NCBI RefSeq assembly: GCF_009834535.1
Contig: NC_045696.1
Location: 72,232,001 to 72,296,000 of the forward strand
DNA length: 64,000 nt
Reading direction: 5' to 3'
Source of the DNA: Camelus ferus
Lineage: Eukaryota
Both the position numbers and the translations under genes were made by a program. The notes beneath the pieces were generated by a model. That model worked only from the letters and a program-made list of their open reading frames with translations. It searched no databases and was not told where the DNA came from. Below are positions 13,195 to 24,940 of the stretch, piece by piece. Position 1 is the first letter of the stretch, and every line of letters starts with the position of its first letter.

Positions 13195-13355
13195 GGAAGT
13201 ATATTCAATATCTTGTAGTAACCTATAATAAAAAAGAATATGAAAAGAAATATACATATGTATATGTATGACTAAAACATTATGCTGTACACCAGAAATT
13301 GACACATTTAAACTGACTATACTTCAATTAAAAAAAAGAAAAAAAAGTAAAAAAG
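13195..13355 (+). mobile_element. Very short L1 3' tail insertion with poly(A)
   Basis: tatattcaatatcttgtagtaacctataat...ctatacttcaattaaaaaaa; imperfect target-site duplication (TSD) aaaatggatggga (13182-13194) / aaaatgaatgggg (13356-13368). Confidence 0.9.
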
Positions 13356-14344
13356 AAAATGAATGGGGAAAAGTACCCTTTTTTAAAGAGAAAAAAAGAG
13401 GTTCTATAATGAAGCACATTTTATCAAGAAATGTGTTGAATGAGACTGTGAAAATAATAAAAATGGCACCTTGTATTTGTCTACTGTTTTATTTTTTAAA
13501 TGTTTATGGGTGTTGAGTTTGCTATTATGGGAGGAGCAATTCTTTACTTTGCAGAAAAGATCCAGCATTTTCTAAGAATTACATTATCACATTCGCTTGA
13601 CTAATGAACTCCCTACAGCTTTATAAATATCCACTGTCCTCTGGCAGCAGGAAAAAAAAAAAAAGGTCACTGAGTTACTGGCTTCAGGAATGTTGGGCTG
13701 ATAGGGGAAAGTTTATTCTCTTATTAATTTCAAGGGGCTCCTAAAAATGAGTGATGTGGAAGTTACTTTTTGGTTTATACAGGAATCCACTTTATTCTTT
13801 GCTTCAATTCATCAGAACTCCACTTGGTGGGAAATTTTGTCCAGTGAAGCTTGAGTTCTGATGAAAAGTCTCCATGGCATTCACTTTCATATCTCAAGCC
13901 ATCTGGGCAAACTTGAAGTAGGAGTTGGTGTTAGATTAATGGTAAAAACATCCCTTATCTGTAACTTATTTGATATTTGCACTCCCCTTATAATTGCCCT
14001 TGTCAGAGGTCTGTTCCTGCCCTTCCTAGAACAGCCCCACAGACATGTGGGGACTCACTGCTTCTCAGGACAGCCGCTAAATCCTTCCTCTGTGCTTCTC
14101 TTTCTCCCTTTCCCCTTCTCACCCTCCTTTTCTTTCTTTCTTTCTTTTTTTCACCAGTGCCTTCCACTTACTGTTTTTATCCTTCCTATAGGGCCACACA
14201 AAACAAACCATTCCCTCCTCAGACTGACAGTCCTACAACTAACTGGGGGCAACTATTATCTTTAGTTACATCTCTCCATCTAAGATTAAAGAATCACTCT
14301 ATATTAAAAGGTAGAGGTTCCCTCAAGCATTCTTTAGAAACGAG

Positions 14345-14430
14345 TATTAGCCAGTGTTCACTGCGCACCTACTATGTGCCTGGCAGTGTGCCTACACCAT
14401 TTCTAACCCTTACAACCTTGCTAGATGAGT
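14345..14430 (-). mobile_element. MIR/L2 remnant
   Basis: ttcactgcgcacctactatgtgcctggcagtgtg...taacccttacaacc. Confidence 0.6.
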
Positions 14431-15849
14431 TAATGGCAGCTAACACTCACACAGCCTTTACCATCAATGCATCCACGATATGGCAAACACAAGCAAAGCC
14501 CTTATAATCGTGGTTGACACAGCAACATTCAACAAATGTTAACTGCTTTCATCTTCTTGGACTTCTGCAAGCATCTGGAGAATTTCTGACTCAACTGCAG
14601 TATTGTACATTTATCCTGTTTTTGTTTTTGTTTTTTTTCCCATTTCAATGCAATAGAATTAACCTGAGGAAAACTTTTGGCTCCTTTTATTAGTTCCCTA
14701 TTTCTCCTAGCTTTCTCCTAACCACCTATTTTGGTCCTTGAAGCCGTTCAGAAGAATGATAAAAAGATGGAGGCCTGCAGTTTTCAAAAACTTCAGATTT
14801 ATCTGGGCTAGGCCCCTCGCACAGTTCTTTGCTTGGAAGAAGCACTATCTTGCACAAGGGGAATGGCACCTCAAAGTAGAATTTCAGCTCTAACAGGAGA
14901 ACATGGAAAACACAGCTCTAGTTTGCTTTCCACGTACTAAAATTCATTTTGGAAAAAATTGCAGTTTTTCACTGCTCAGTTAAGGGGAAGGAGAAAGAGT
15001 AGCTGAACCTTGGTGATCAGTTGGGGTGGCTGGTTCAGCTGCCACTCCAGCCTGAGAACTGGAATATGTAGGCATTATTGCTTGGGAGAAGGGAACATCA
15101 TTTAGTAAACAGGAACTAGAATTTTACAACTGGCCATTTAGGATATTGTAATTTTAATTCAGCATTGCTCTTTTGCCCATATGTCTGCTTGGATTTTTTG
15201 GCCAGTTCCCTTGGGCTCACACTTCTTTGAATGGAGAAGGACTCGTGGAACTAGTCTAGGTGGTTAGAGGACCCTTGGCAGTAGGACACCTGTGGCTGCT
15301 GATCTGGAATGCTCCCCTTTGGGAAAGGAAGTGCTCTAGAACACAGAGGGCTTGGCCAGACGAGGGAGACCTGGGATTTGAGACTTGGGCGCTATACGCA
15401 GTCTCAAGTGGCACTGGGAGCAATTTTTGCCCTGCATATGACTGTATCAGCTCCCCAGTGCCTTCTTTTCTGTTTTTCTACCTTACAACCAGCCTGGCAT
15501 AGAGAGGGTTAAGCTGCCCTTCAAAGCACACTTCACCCCTATTCATAAAATGTTAAGGCCAGAAGCAGAGCTAGAAATACATTTAGTGGAGATTTTTAAA
15601 AAGATATATTTACATAGTCCACTGTCACGTCCATGGGTAAAGTTATTGCTAGCCATTCTATTGGAGGACATGAAACGGCTCCTAAGAACATTCCTACCAA
15701 ACTCTGTGCAGACTCACATGTCACATGCCACCCAAAAATGCAGGGCCAGATTCTTACCATGAAATGTCTATGTTCCACACAGACCAGTACCAGTGGCAGT
15801 GTGTTGTGGAGAAACAAACAGCAACGTTTGGAATACTAGGAGCCAGAAG

Positions 15850-16490
15850 CTAGTCTGTGAAGAAATTTTCCAAACGTTATAGATCATAAATAGAAAAAAG
15901 CCTGATGACAGAGCTTTCCCCAAATGCGACAGTGTCCTAAATGTTTACATGATATTACCAATATAAGCTGTGAAACTGAAATAAGTTATGCAATATATCA
16001 ATAATAAAGAGTAAAAAGCGTCACTGAGGCTAGAGAATACACTGAATTATCTTTCTATTTTCTTTAGAGCAAATATGACAAAATAATTGTCAAATGAAGA
16101 TCTGATTAAAGAATATACAGCTTACAATATACCAAACAAATATAGAGGGGTGCCAGGCAATTAATAAAAAAAATTGTTTCTTTTTGGATCCTGTGATTTT
16201 GTGATGTGTCAACTTTTCTAAATTCATAATTAGGAGGAGGGTATAGCTCAGTGGTAGAGTGCCTGCCTAGCATGCATGAGGTCCTGGGTTCAATCCCCAG
16301 TACCTCCATTAAAAATAAATATATAAACCTAATTAACCACCTGAAAAAAAGCAAAAAAACCCAAAAATCAAACCCCCTAAAAAAAAATCCAAAAATCTTT
16401 AAAAAATAAATGACGATTAGGTGAATAAAATACACTAAAAAGAGAAAAAGCAATTTATTTTTTCATTCTAAATAAATATTATTTCCAAAC
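15850..16490 (+). mobile_element. Fossil hAT (Tip100/Zaphod-like) transposon carrying a frameshifted C-terminal dimerisation domain
   Basis: 15910-16122 translates with frameshifts as RAFPKCDSVLNVYMILP / ISCETEISY / SIIKSKKR / LENTLNYLSIF..MTK*LSNEDLIKEY, matching the hAT motif FP..L..LP..CE.ERSFS..IK...R..RLN.L.ILS. Confidence 0.75.
16233..16410 (+). mobile_element. Camelid tRNA-Ala-derived SINE (vic-1 type)
   Basis: gggtatagctcagtggtagagtgcctgcctagcatgcatgaggtcctgggttcaatccccagtacctcc head with intact A and B boxes, then aaataaat..cctaatta body and an A-rich tail. Confidence 0.93.
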
Positions 16491-16804
16491 CAGCTTTTTC
16501 TGTGTTTACTATTCTTTTGGTTACGTGTTCACAGTCTAACAGCAGACACTGACTCCTGCTTCGGGTTTTTGAGTGATATTCTGTTTGGCCTAACTCATAG
16601 TCAATAAATGTTAATCTAGTGAATAAAAGCATAAAATCATTGCAATCTGGAGGGTTAGGTGGACCTAAAAGAGAGTGGACTACTGTTGGATTTGGAGGAT
16701 GGGCAGAATTTAAAGAGGTAATGGGGTAGTGGCATTAGCAAAGATGTAGAGATAGGAAGATCATGGAGAGATCAGAGGATAACAAATAGTTAAGATTTAG
16801 CTCA

Positions 16805-16960
16805 AAAAAAATTGTAACTCTGTGATGTGACGGAAATGTTCTAATCTTATTGTGGTAATCATTTTGCAGTATGTACACATATAAAATCATTACGTTATGT
16901 ACTTTAAACTTACACAATGTTATATGTCAATCATATCTCAATAAAGCGGAAGAAAAAAGA
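16805..16960 (+). mobile_element. L1MA-type 3' tail
   Basis: ttattgtggtaatcattttgcagtatg...aaacttacacaatgttatatgtcaatcatatctcaataaagc. Confidence 0.88.
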
Positions 16961-17095
16961 GATTGGCTCAGGTGAAAGGCTTATGTTGAATAAGGGGTGA
17001 GAAAATAGGAAAGGAAGTTTTAGGCCAAGTTAAGGTACAAGGATCTAGAATGAGAGATTAAGGCAATTTAACTGTATTGTACAGTCAAGGGAGAG

Positions 17096-17574
17096 TGTAC
17101 TGGACATCTGTTGCCTTTGCCTACAGATGAACCCATCCCCTCATCTTGTAATAGCACCTTAATTTCTACAGGAACCGGCTTTCCCACTCTTATTCTATGT
17201 AGCTGGGTGAAGGGCTGGGTCCGTTACCCAGATTGTGGAAATCGGAGTCAGCGTTAGAACTTCTGCTGGACAACTGAGAAAGGGTCCTCTCTTCCTGCTA
17301 GTGATGCTACATTTCTTCAGTACAAGTCTGCAGGTAGAGGTGGCTGTTTTGTCACACTTAGGAAGAGTGTGCCTGAGAGTAAAGCCAACCCTTAGTCAAG
17401 AGGTGGAGGGAGAGAGATTCCCAGTGATGTCACTTGAGTATCTGGATCCAACCACGCTTGCAAGCAGATACCCTGGGCCTTTTCAGTTAGGTGTGGGCCA
17501 ATACATTTCTTTTTTTAATTTGTCAGTCTGAACTGGCTTTTTAATTTGCAGTTGAAAAACTTCTGATTAGTATA
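17096..17574 (+). mobile_element. MLT1 (MLT1J/K-like) MaLR solo LTR
   Basis: tgtactggacatctg start; gcctgagagtaaagccaac; ctggatccaacca; cttttcagtta..gccaataca; ttgcagttgaaaaacttctgattagtata end. Confidence 0.8.
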
Positions 17575-19260
17575 GGCAATAAACATTTGTGGGCAGGGTT
17601 TTATGAAGATTAACTAGTAGCAGATAGGGTACAGAAATCAATGCCAGTAGTGGAAATAGGAAGGAAAAAAAAGAGAAGTACAGAGGAAGAATTAAGAGGG
17701 CTTTGTGACTAGAACGGGAAGAGGCAGCAACAATGACTAGATTTCGGAGACTAAGTGAATGATGGTACCACTGACAGAAATCTGTGAATCAAAAAGAATA
17801 CCATGTTCCCCCAACTCCCTCAGGAGTAAGTACATTTATTCTTAGGCTTTCAGTTTGAGATGATGACAGGAAAATCAAATAGAAATATTTAGTGATTAGT
17901 TAATAGGTAGAATGAAACCTCAGGAGAAAAATCAGGATCCAAGATATAATGAGAATCTGTGCTGGCAAGGTGGTACAGTGTGATGGTCTGAGGGGAGAGG
18001 TAAGTCTGTAACAGCGGAGTGGGCTGATGGACAGGAAGGAATGTCAAAAGGCACAGGGCTAGGAATGAATCAGGCCCTTTTCCCCTGCCAGACATCTAGC
18101 CTCCACCTGCTGCAATTCAGGGAGCCAAGTCTGTGAAACGAGGACATGCCGCTTGGGTAGGCACAGCTGCTTAAAAGTGCCTGGCAAGGCCAGAATTGAG
18201 CGAGGGTGGGTGAGATTTCTGGGGGAGTGGTTGTGAGAAGAAAGTGATGAGGAGCAAAAGAAACAGAAAGAGGGAGGATTGAGTAGAAAACTCTTGGAAT
18301 TCAAAGAAAGCAAGTCTCTCAAAAAGTGGAGTGTCAGCTGCAGAGATCAGCAGAGAGACAAGGGGACAGCACAGGAGACTGTAGACTCGCTGGACTCTGG
18401 AGGTGGAACTAGATTAAAGTGAGTGGATGGTACAAAAGTGGAGGCGGTGGGTGGAGACGAGTTTGGCGGAGAAAGGAAGGAGGGGAGCAGGGTGGTTTCC
18501 TCATGGCTTAGCCAAGGTTTTTTGTTTGCTTGGTTTTATATCTAGGACAGAAGAGGTTTGTTCCAGATGGTAGACAGAAGAAAGGGCCAGTGAACTAGAA
18601 GGGAGTGAAGAAGCTAGAGAGAGAGGATTCCACCGAATAAGGAGGGAAGGAAGACAGACAGTGATGGAGGGAGCAGATGGGAGAGCAAGCGGTATGTCCC
18701 ACAGCTGAGACTGGTGGAGAGGACGAAAGAAAAGGTGTTAAGAGACATGCCTGGAGGCAGAATGGAGAGAAGATGAGGCATCTATCATGTGTTTCCGGGA
18801 TCGCTAAGACAGTAACATGAGGTGTCTGCTGCACTCAATAGTCTGTGAAGCAAGTTACAGTGGGGACGTCCAAACTGCTTTTCTCCCCAGCAGACTTCAC
18901 AGGAGATTATGTTACTGTAAACTGATGTTTGAGCTAGGGAAATATAAATAAATAAAAGGATACACAGTCTGCTGCACCCCTTAGCTTTGTAGCTTCCAGT
19001 GAAAATAGGGTAATTGTCTGTCTTGTCATGACAAGAAGTAGATAATGCAACCTCATCATGACATGATACAGACAACTTGTCATCACTTATATGAGGTAAA
19101 AGTACAGATGTAATTGGAGGTGACACAAATTTCATAACTGTGTGCTGTGGAATATATACTTCTTTCTCTGGGAGGATCCCAGAGAAGACAATTATCAAGT
19201 TTGGTGGCTGTAGCTTACTTTGGTGAGTAATAAATTCACCACAGGAAGAAGAAAAACCTG

Positions 19261-19490
19261 CTATGAATCGGAGGCGGAGCCCGGAAGTGGGAGGTAGTCT
19301 ACCTTTGGTTCTTACTACCAGATCAAACCACCCAACACCAGAAGAACTGGAGAAACCTGCAGGGAAGGAGTGAGTCATTGCGCCTTGTCTGATAAAGGTT
19401 GCTGTATTCTTTCTCTCTGACAAAACTGGGCTGTTCTTCAGGAAAATAGCTTTTGCTCTGAAAAGGTAGCTGGTGCCAATGGTGTGGTGG
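19261..19490. promoter_or_regulatory. Candidate enhancer/promoter (GC-box, ETS, AP-1, GATA, RUNX cluster)
   Basis: GAGGCGGAG 19271-19279, CCGGAAGT 19281-19288, TGAGTCA 19371-19377, TGATAA 19390-19395, TGTGGT 19483-19488 in unique sequence with a few retained CpGs. Confidence 0.45.
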
Positions 19491-19904
19491 TGATGATGGC
19501 CCTCACCCAGGTCTTCCCTTTTTGAACCAGTCATTTGGCATGCGAGCCCCTTCTAACCCAGCCCCTTCCTGGCACCCTCTATGCTCCTGGGCACACCCCT
19601 CCTTGAGTCTAGATAAAGAAATAAAAAGCACAAGTGGTGGCAGGACTGGGCGGGCAGTGAGGGAAGCAGGGCAGGGCTCTCTTATTAAAACCTTCTTACT
19701 TAATGATAGTCACTTCAAAGAAGTGTGAGCCTGAGGGAATTGGCCAAAAAGTTCATGCAGATGCTTCTAGGGGAAAGGAGTGTGGGAAAATGTAATTATT
19801 TCATGCAAAATAAGTAACTAGAACTTGTGATGACATAACTGAGTTAGGTAATATGGCTATGACAGACAAGTCCCCAGAGTCAAGGGGTCCAAGTAAATGT
19901 ACAA

Positions 19905-20115
19905 CTTGTGGGTCCCTGCTGGGAGGGGGCAATGCTCCCCAAGGGGTGTCTGGAAATGTAAGGGGGGTGTTTTGGGGTGTCACAATGATTGGGATGTGAC
20001 TGGTGTTTAATGAGGGTGGGGCACAGGGATGCTTGAGGTCCTCCTGCATGGAGAGTGCAGCACAGGGAAGAAAGGTCCCCCAAACAAGCTAATATCACCC
20101 TGATGAAAAATACTA
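19905..20115. mobile_element. MER20-like hAT DNA transposon
   Basis: ctccccaaggggtgtctggaaatgt...ttttggggtgtcacaatgattggg...gggatgct...tgaaaaatact. Confidence 0.75.
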
Positions 20116-20339
20116 AGTCATAGGTATCAGAGAATGCTCCCTCCTGCCAGTAGACTTCGTAGCTTTTGAGCGAATGAATCAAATTCTTTGAGAACAAAAT
20201 CCAATTCAGTTGGATGTTTTAGACATTGATTAATTTCAATGCTATTTTCAAATATGAAGGACAAGTACCAAGGGATGGAGCCTAAGTTTATGGAGAATGA
20301 ATACAGTTGTTTAGATCTATGTTCAAAATACAGTATAAA

Positions 20340-20506
20340 TGGGAAAGGGAGGTGGGGAATTAGTGCTTAATAAGTATAGGGTGTCACTTTTGCAAGATGA
20401 AAAACTTCTAGAGCTCTGTTGGCACAATGTGAATATACTTAACACTACTGAACTGTACACTAAAAAATGGATAAGACAGTAAATTTAATGTTATGTGTTT
20501 TTTACA
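20340..20506 (+). mobile_element. L1MB-type 3' tail
   Basis: ttttgcaagatgaaaaacttctagag...caatgtgaatatacttaacactactgaactgtacac. Confidence 0.9.
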
Positions 20507-20719
20507 GTTCCTTGACCTTTTGGTACTTCTGTCTGTTTCCCAGCAGAATTCTTCTTGGCCATTCCCCCAGGAAGCCATAATCCAATGATAATTCCTTAGC
20601 TTGGTACAGTGTGTTACAGTTGAGCAATCTTTGCACATATTTTGTCTCTTGTCATTCCTCCCTTTTCCTGGTCTCTCCCATCTCTCCGCCCCGATCCAGC
20701 CTCGCCCAGACTCTCTGTC

Positions 20720-21395
20720 TTTCTGCTGGACTCCGACCTTCGACTTAGTCTCCTGCATCCCTGCTGCCTCTTCCTTCTACACGCAATCTGCCCCACCCCC
20801 ACACCAGCCATAAAGACCTCTTTTAAACATTATTCAGATCTTGTCACTCCTTAGCTTCAAACCCTTGAATACCCTCCTTTGCACTAAGAATGAAAACCAC
20901 CTTCATACATGCCTCTCTCTTGTTTCAACCTCTTGCCCCTTGCTCACTGTGCTCTAGCCACACTGGCCATCTCTTCTTTGAATGTGCTCAGCTCATTCCC
21001 ACCCTGGGAACTCTGCACTTGTGTCCTTTTCCTGGAATGCCCTTTAAATGGCTAGCTGTTTCTCATGCTTTGGAAGCAGCAGTGATATCACCTTTTCCAG
21101 ATCCCTTCTTGGTCCTCCCTGACTCCTACTCTCATCCCCATCTTTATCTAAAATCGTCCCCCTTCTCCTAGTCATTGTTTACCACAGTTACAATCCTTAT
21201 CTCAGTGTGAAATTATCCTACTAATTTGTTTACATTTTTATTTTTTATTTTCCTCTATTGGAATATAAGCTCCATGAGGGCAGGGTCTTACCTATTCTGC
21301 TCATTATTTTATTACCAGCATCCAGAATAATACTTTTCACATAATAGGTACACACCAAATATTTGTTCAATGGATGCGTAAGTGAAAGAATGAAT
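20720..21395 (+). mobile_element. L2a LINE 3' portion
   Basis: tcagatcttgtcactcc...ctctagccacactggcc...cctggaatgcc...taagctccatgagggcaggg...aaatatttgttcaatg. Confidence 0.88.
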
Positions 21396-21525
21396 TTGAT
21401 TATCATAACAGTAATGTGACACAGGCAGAGAAAGTATTCTTAGTCTTATTTTACTGATATATTTTACAGACGATTGGTACTTGACAAAATCACACAAGTG
21501 GTAGAGTCAGGGCAGAACCCAAGCC

Positions 21526-22281
21526 TTTTTTTATTTTTATTTTTTAACATTTTTTTTAATTGAGTTATAGTCATTTTACAATGTTGTGTCAATTTCCAGT
21601 GTAGAGCACAACTTTTCAATTATACACGAACATACATATATTCATAGTCACATTTTTTCTTCACTGTGAGCTACCACAAGATCTTGTATATATTTCCCTG
21701 TGCTATACAGTCTAATCTTGTTTATCTATTCTGCATATGCCTGTCGGTATCTACAAATTTTGAACTCCCAGTCTATCCCTTCCCACCACTCTTCCCCTTG
21801 GCAACCACAAGTTTGTAAGTTTGTATTCTATATCTATGAGTCTAATTCTGTTTTGTATTTATGTTCCTTTTTTTTTAGATTCCACATATAAGCCATCTCA
21901 TATGGTATTTTTCTTTCTCTTTCTGGCTTACTTCACTAAGAATGCCATTCTCCAGGAACATCCATGTTGCTGCAAATGGCATTATGTTGTTGTTTTTTAT
22001 GGCTGAATAGTATTCCATTGTATAAATATACCACATCTGCTTTATCCAGTCATCTGTCGATGGACATTTAGGCTGTTTCCATGTCTTGGCTATTGTAAAT
22101 AGTGCTGCTATGAACACTGGGGTGCAGGTGTATTTTTGAAGTAGGGTTCCTTCTGGATATATGCCCAGGAGCGGGATTCCTGGGTCATATGGTAAGTCTA
22201 TTCCTAGTCTTTTAAGGAATCTCCATACTGTTTTCCACAGTGGCTGCACCAAACTGCATTCCCACTAGCAGTGTAGGAGGG
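21526..22281 (-). mobile_element. Young camelid L1, 5'-truncated (ORF2 C-terminus and 3' UTR), inserted in a MIR
   Basis: ORF 21875-22252 is the L1 ORF2 C-terminus ([24 protein letters not shown]); poly(T) at left; imperfect TSD agaacccaagcctttt / agaacccatttctttt. Confidence 0.97.
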
Positions 22282-22509
22282 AGAACCCATTTCTTTTAAG
22301 TTCTCTATGCTGCTTTCTATTTGATGGTTAATAAGCAGTTAATCTTAGCCATCCTAGAAGATGGAAGAGGGAGGAAGTGGGGCACTTGGAGAGATTACAA
22401 GTCATACTATATATACATTCTTATTCATAAAATTGTAGCCACAGACAGAGAAAGAAGGTGTCCCATCTTCCCCATCTCTCTGTTGAACCCATGCCCAGCA
22501 TGGCTGGAG

Positions 22510-22730
22510 GAGGAGAGTGTGGTGGTTCATTGCAGGAGCTTTGGAGGGAGATAAATCTCCTATTTCTACTACTTACTGGTTGTGTCTTTAGACAAGTTAG
22601 TTATCTTTTCTGAGACTCAATCCCCTTTCTTGTAAAATGAGAATAACACCATTGATCTTTTAAAGTTCTTTGGGGTTAAATGAGAGAATATCTGAAGTTT
22701 GGTGTACAGTAAGTACTGGATAAAGAATAT
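22510..22730 (+). mobile_element. MIR SINE
   Basis: ctactacttactggttgtgt...gacaagtta...tgtaaaatgagaataa. Confidence 0.8.
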
Positions 22731-22869
22731 GGTGTCTGATGTTATGAAGATGGGGTCGAGCAGGCTTACCAGAAGTTTAGCTTTCTAACACCTCTCTCCT
22801 CCACATACAGACATAGAAGGCAAGTTAACTTCTAGCATTCGGAGCTGACGAGCTCCTGATAACCATTCA

Positions 22870-23020
22870 GTCAAGCTACTTATTTTGTACTTCAAAGAAA
22901 CTCAAGATCAGGGAAGGTGGTGACTTGTCTGAGCTCGCTAGGTGACTAATGATGGAACTGGAGATGAAAGAGGAACCTGAATGGACTGACTCCTGTTTGT
23001 GACTCTCTCTACTCACTGTT
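22870..23020 (-). mobile_element. MIR remnant
   Basis: gaaactcaagatcagggaaggtggtgacttgtctgag...ctgactcc. Confidence 0.6.
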
Positions 23021-23124
23021 GATATCACATGGAATGGAAATCTCAGATTTCTACCTGCTCCTTTCCTTGGCCAACATACACAACTGAATACAAGAGGGTT
23101 CTCTCAGGGCAGATGGGATCACAC

Positions 23125-23330
23125 AGACAAGCGCAGGGCTGAGGAGTCCTGGTGCTTTACCCAAAGCCCAGTCACTGGCTGCGTGACTTGGGCAGTCATG
23201 TCCTTTCACTGAGTCTTAGTTTCACCATCTACAAAATAGGGATGATAGTAGTACCTACCTCTTAGAGTTGCCATACAGATTAAATAAAATAACCTGTGTA
23301 AAATTGCCTGCAACACAGGAAACAATAATA
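23125..23330 (+). mobile_element. MIR SINE
   Basis: cactggctgcgtgacttgggcagtca...ttagtttcaccatctacaaaatagggatgatagtagtacctacctc. Confidence 0.88.
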
Positions 23331-24761
23331 GACCTATTTCTAAACTCGTATTAAAAGTAATTTCAAAGTGCCTTTTGTAAGGGGAAAATACGGTTTTGTT
23401 CATATAATACAGCATACAATATATAATAATATTCTACTATTGGAAAGATATAAAATACTTAGAAAAATATAAAATACACGATTCTGAAGAAATATATTGA
23501 TATATACTGACACTGAATATTGGTGACTAGAAGATAATAAAGCATCACAAACTGACTGGCAAATTAAGTTCCCTACTCTACATGTCGTATTGTAAAGGCA
23601 AATAATGAGACTGTATTTTGTAAAACGTTCGTACCAAAAAGTGAGCTATAATACAAAATACATTAGTCTATATCAATTGAGTTAATATAGCAATAAAAAA
23701 TGGGCACAAAGCAAGCAGCAACATAAAATAAATTTGAATGAATTTCTATACAGGGAGTCACAGCACGTGTAGCTAAACAAGTATTTCACTAAAAATTGGC
23801 ACAAAATACAGGATCAAATTACTGGAAAGAATGTCAATATCACAGTCACTTGGGCAGCTAAATCAAGTAGTTCACAGAAAATTAGTGTACAGAAAGCAAC
23901 AGAGAAACAAATTGAATTTCAGCAGAAATCAGTATTACAGTTAATACCACAGCCCCATAATAATGAGCAGAAACAGGACAAAAGGCATGGTAGAGATTGT
24001 ATTTATCCTCAGAACCTAGGAAACCTTCTCCTTCAACTTCTGCTAAACATGAAAACCCAAACCGTCTACCACTGCTGAATCCTGATGGGTACTTTTCATC
24101 ATTAGGGTATCACTGCACTAAAAATGAAGCCAATACACCTTCAAATCAGTAAATCCACATTCCTAGACTGATTTCACCACTATCTTTTGCTTTATAATAC
24201 TGTGTTTACTACTAATGCAATGCTTCTCTTCTTGTTTTCAAGTCTTTGTAATTTTCTTGGTTGTTGCAATATCTGAATAGCACCTGGCAACACTTTTATG
24301 GTCTTTTCTCTCCAAATCTTAAAACATTAACCCCGACTCTAAAGTTAGAGAAATGATTGCTTTTGAGCCATGAGTTACTAAAATAAAGAGAGAAATGTAA
24401 TGTGAAATAGAAATTATGACAGGAATAATATAAATTCTAAACCTATCAATTTGGGGACCTGTGATGTAATTTTTGTAAGTTGACTCCTAAAGGGTGCTGT
24501 ACCCCACTAGTAGGAGGGAATCATAATTGCTATTGCTTGGTCATCCATTACATTCCTTTCCTCCTAGTTTTAGACTTTTTATTGGTAGCACTTAATGCAC
24601 CGTGAGATGATTTTTGGATACATATTTCGATGAGAAAAATACATAGCATACACTAATGACTATGATCATTAAGATCATTTATGCACCTATATATCATTAA
24701 AACATCGTAGCACTATTTCTCCAACAGTAGCCTAGTAACCTGAGCATTGCTATAACTTATT

Positions 24762-24940
24762 TACTTGCTTCTTACAATGTGGTCCATGCAACACCAGCAT
24801 CAGAATCCCTTGGGGTGTTTGTTAAAAAAGCAGATTCATAGTCTCCATGCCCTCTTCTCCTCCAAAGTCTACTGAATGTGATTCTCATTTTTGACAAGTA
24901 CTCAGGTGATCCTGGACCCAGTAAAGTTTGCCAGCCAGGG
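24762..24940. mobile_element. MER5-type hAT-Charlie element
   Basis: tgtggtccatgcaacaccagcatcagaatc...gttaaaaaagcagatt...caggtgat...aaagtttg. Confidence 0.85.

Larger units (their letters stand above)
16650..18780 (-). mobile_element. Fragmented L2 LINE, interrupted by an L1 tail and an MLT1 LTR
   Basis: Purine-rich antisense L2 motifs such as gatggtaccactgacagaaat, agtttgagatg, aagtggaggcggtgggtggagac. Confidence 0.6.

Noticed and set aside
13861..14507. Overlapping 134-aa and 176-aa ORFs
   Set aside because: Kept open by a pyrimidine-rich low-complexity tract and running into a MIR/L2 remnant; no recognisable protein
16233..16310. tRNA-Ala(AGC)-like sequences here and at ~34610, ~44400, ~46950, ~50300 and ~58300
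   Set aside because: Each continues into a shared AT-rich body and A-rich tail, most have TSDs, and the stems are mutated; they are SINE heads, not tRNA genes
23779..23820. KYFTKNWHKIQDQ resembling a MULE-type transposase motif
   Set aside because: Only a few residues match, the rest of the frame shows no transposase similarity, and it lies in a degenerate tandem repeat
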